Of a stretch of 64,000 bases of DNA, positions 61,400 to 64,000 are shown piece by piece. Source of the stretch: Antedon mediterranea. Lineage: Eukaryota; Animalia; Echinodermata. The notes under the pieces are model-generated. The model saw only the letters and a program-made list of their open reading frames with translations, did not search any database and was not told the origin of the DNA. Within the stretch, counting starts at the first letter, position 1. Each line of letters begins with the position of its first letter. A program made the position numbers and the translations under genes. The DNA lies in assembly GCF_964355755.1 (NCBI RefSeq), contig NC_092672.1, positions 25,674,437-25,738,436 on the forward strand, given 5' to 3'.

Positions 61400-64000
61400 C
61401 TAGAAGAGGCTGACAATTTTGGAAAGGCTATTTTTGTATGTGAAGGTAACGCAAACCAACCATGTGGGAAGGTGTTGATTGAAGGAAAGGATAACAGTAT
61501 TGCTTGTGATGCCTGTGAAAAATGGTATCATATTAAATGCCAAAAGATTTCTAAAGCTTAGTATACCGCTTTCAGTGGTAAGATTCTCTCCCATTTATTT
61601 GCATTTCTTGTAGAGGAAATGAGGGCTCAATTGCTAAGTTGTCCAGAGGCTCGCACATTTTAAATACACTAGAAGAGCGCTTTGCATCCATCAACTTATC
61701 CCTTAATGATGTAGCGAGGCGTGTATGTCAGTTAGAAGAGAAGACTGATTTTAAAGATAGGGAGGAGTTTAATTCCGCAGTTGACAAAAAACTAAACGAT
61801 TTTAAAATTGAAATCGATGCTCAACAAGCAAGGAAGCCGAACCTCATTATTCAGGGTCTTAAAGAATCAAATAAGTTAACATCAGACGAAAAGAAAGCAG
61901 GTGATATTGAAACTGTTAAACGGATGGCTTTGGTTGCTTGTGTTGGTAATGTTGATATTTAGACAGCTTTTATGATTCATGATAATAACCCAAATACAAA
62001 TTCTACTAAACCGAGTTGTATTTACTGATTAAGCTACCAAGCTTAGTTTGCTGTCTGTTCAGGCAAGAAATAAATTACAAAAATCTGCTGACTTTCGTAA
62101 TGTATTAATGTTTCCTGATCGAACCCTTAAGGAGAGAAAGGCTAGAAAACAACTCGTAGAAATGAGGAACCAAAAAAACTGGGAGCTCGAAAGTCACGGG
62201 ATAAAAGAAAAACGATGGATAATAAGAAACAGGTTACTGAAGGAAATCAAAGTAGACGAAAATCACCCGGGTCAAATACAGACAGGCCAACGGCAAAAAC
62301 CAAACCAAGCGAATTAAAAAATCTTACATGCCTGTATACAAATTTAGATGGTTTATCGAACAAAACAAACCTTTTCAGTTCATTGGTTGTGAAAGAAAAC
62401 CCCCATCTTATTTTTGTTACTGAGACAAAGTTGGAAGAGAGTCACGATACAATTACTTATTTTGATACTAATATTTATTTAGTTTATAGAAGAGATAGAA
62501 TTCCAAGTGATGGAGGTGGTGGCGTCCTAATCCTGGTGCGCAAGGATATTGTTTCTGAAGTTGTAATTGACGAAGTCCGGATTGATATAGAAGTGATAAC
62601 TTGTCTATTGAAATATGGAGAGAAATCTGCTCTTACCGCTTGTGTCTACCGTAGCCCTAGCTCTCGAGGTGAATACAACCAGATGATCAGGGATATGCTG
62701 TTGAAATTTAATTCATACAAAACTGACCAGATTTTAATTTGCGGTGATTTTAATATTAAAGACATAGACTGGGATACTCTTTCTACTAGACGCGGCGAAT
62801 TGAGTGAACAGCAGAAACTTTTAGATATAGTCAATGACTCGTTCTTGACGCAACATGTGACACAATTTACACGTGTAAGAGGAGACGACGAGCCTTCATT
62901 ACTTGACTTAATTTTTAGTAAACATGAACTTGATGTTGATATTTTACGTTATGATGCTCCAGTCGGGAAAAGCGACCATGCCGTTATAATTTTTGTTTTT
63001 GTATTAGATTGTTTTGTTGATCAAAGCGCAGAAGAATATACTAAATTTAATTTTTTTAAAGGTGATTTCACTACAATGAATGCCCAACTCGCTGATGTTG
63101 ATTGGGAAAGCTTGTTCGAAACCGTGGGACATTTTTCACAATAAGATTAACTTTTTGATTTCTGATTGTGTTCCGAAAAATATTGTGAACACAAATCTCC
63201 GCCCAAGTAAACAGAAGTGGATGACAAAATTCGCACTAAATAAAGTTCAAATGAAGGAGAATGCATGGCAACGTTACAGACGTCATAGGTCTAACAAAAA
63301 ATATAAATATTACTGTAAGGTCAGAAATGATGCCAGTAAGTAAGAATGGCTAAAGCTAATTTTGAGAAGGATGTCGCACTAAATGCTAAGAGAAATCCGA
63401 GGGCATTTTATAGCTATGTTCGTAGTCAAACTTCAATTAAGGAAGGAGTATCCAAACTAAAAAAACAGGATGGATCTTTTTCTTCCACCAACCAGGAAGC
63501 AAGTGAAATAATGAACGAGGTCTTCCAAAAAGTTTTTACAGTAGAAGATGATCGTAATATTCCAAACATGGCTTCTGTTTTTCATGGACATCCTTTGACC
63601 AATGTGGACTTTGCACTTGATGATGTTAAAATGCATATTAAAAATCTTTGTGATTCATCATCCCCTGGACCATGGCATCCACCCTAAAGTGTTGATAGAA
63701 TGCTGTGACCACATATCCCCTCCACTGTTATTACTGTTCAGAAAGTCGTTAGCAACAGGTGAAATACCAGCTGCCTGGAAAGACGCAACCATTACACCAA
63801 TTTTAAAAAATGGCAGCAAGTCTGATCCCCTAAATTACCGCCCTGTTAGTTTAACTTCAGTTATCTTTAAGATTTTAGAAAAAATCATAACTAACACAAT
63901 TATGATCCATCTCGAAACTAAAAATATACTCACCAAACATCAACATGGTTTTTGTACTAATCGTTCTTGTTTAACACAATTGCTTGAATTTTTTCATGAT
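61400..64000 (+). mobile_element. Decayed CR1-group LINE: ORF1 (PHD, coiled coil, RRM-like) and ORF2 (APE, start of RT), running off the window
   Basis: ORF1 remnants CEGNANQPC..CDACEKWYHIKC..CISC and RKPNLIIQGLKES. ORF2 YTNLDGL, VTETKL, YRRDR, GGGGV, YRSP, GDFN, LDLIF, GKSDH, then NYRPVSLTS and QHGF..NRSCLTQLL. Multiple stops and frameshifts. Confidence 0.92.

Overview
AT-rich, intron-containing eukaryotic DNA from an invertebrate metazoan; the SINE types and repeat landscape suggest a deuterostome, possibly an echinoderm (inference). Two host genes are on the + strand. The first is the 3' part of MTO1/GidA (12 exons, 120-9859). The second is a 7-coding-exon, ~1375-aa MFHAS1-like ROCO gene (26415-37157) with tandem DED-like domains, a low-complexity linker, LRRs, ROC and COR, plus a death domain on a symmetric phase 1-1 exon inside COR. 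The rest is mostly transposon-derived. A decayed Gypsy LTR retrotransposon on the minus strand (~44216-51272) has an integrase ending in a canonical PHD finger and an extra, probably spliced, non-env ORF at the env position. There are also two decayed CR1/L2-group LINEs (one with a PHD in ORF1), 5S+tRNA chimeric and tRNA SINEs, many MITEs (Harbinger-, Kolobok-, Tc1/mariner-like) and a ~7 kb foldback-like block made of two inverted arrays of a palindromic 101-bp satellite. Best candidates for novelty: the PHD-integrase Gypsy with its accessory ORF, and the DED-LRR-ROC-COR[DD] ROCO architecture. All calls come from manual reading; no database searches were run.
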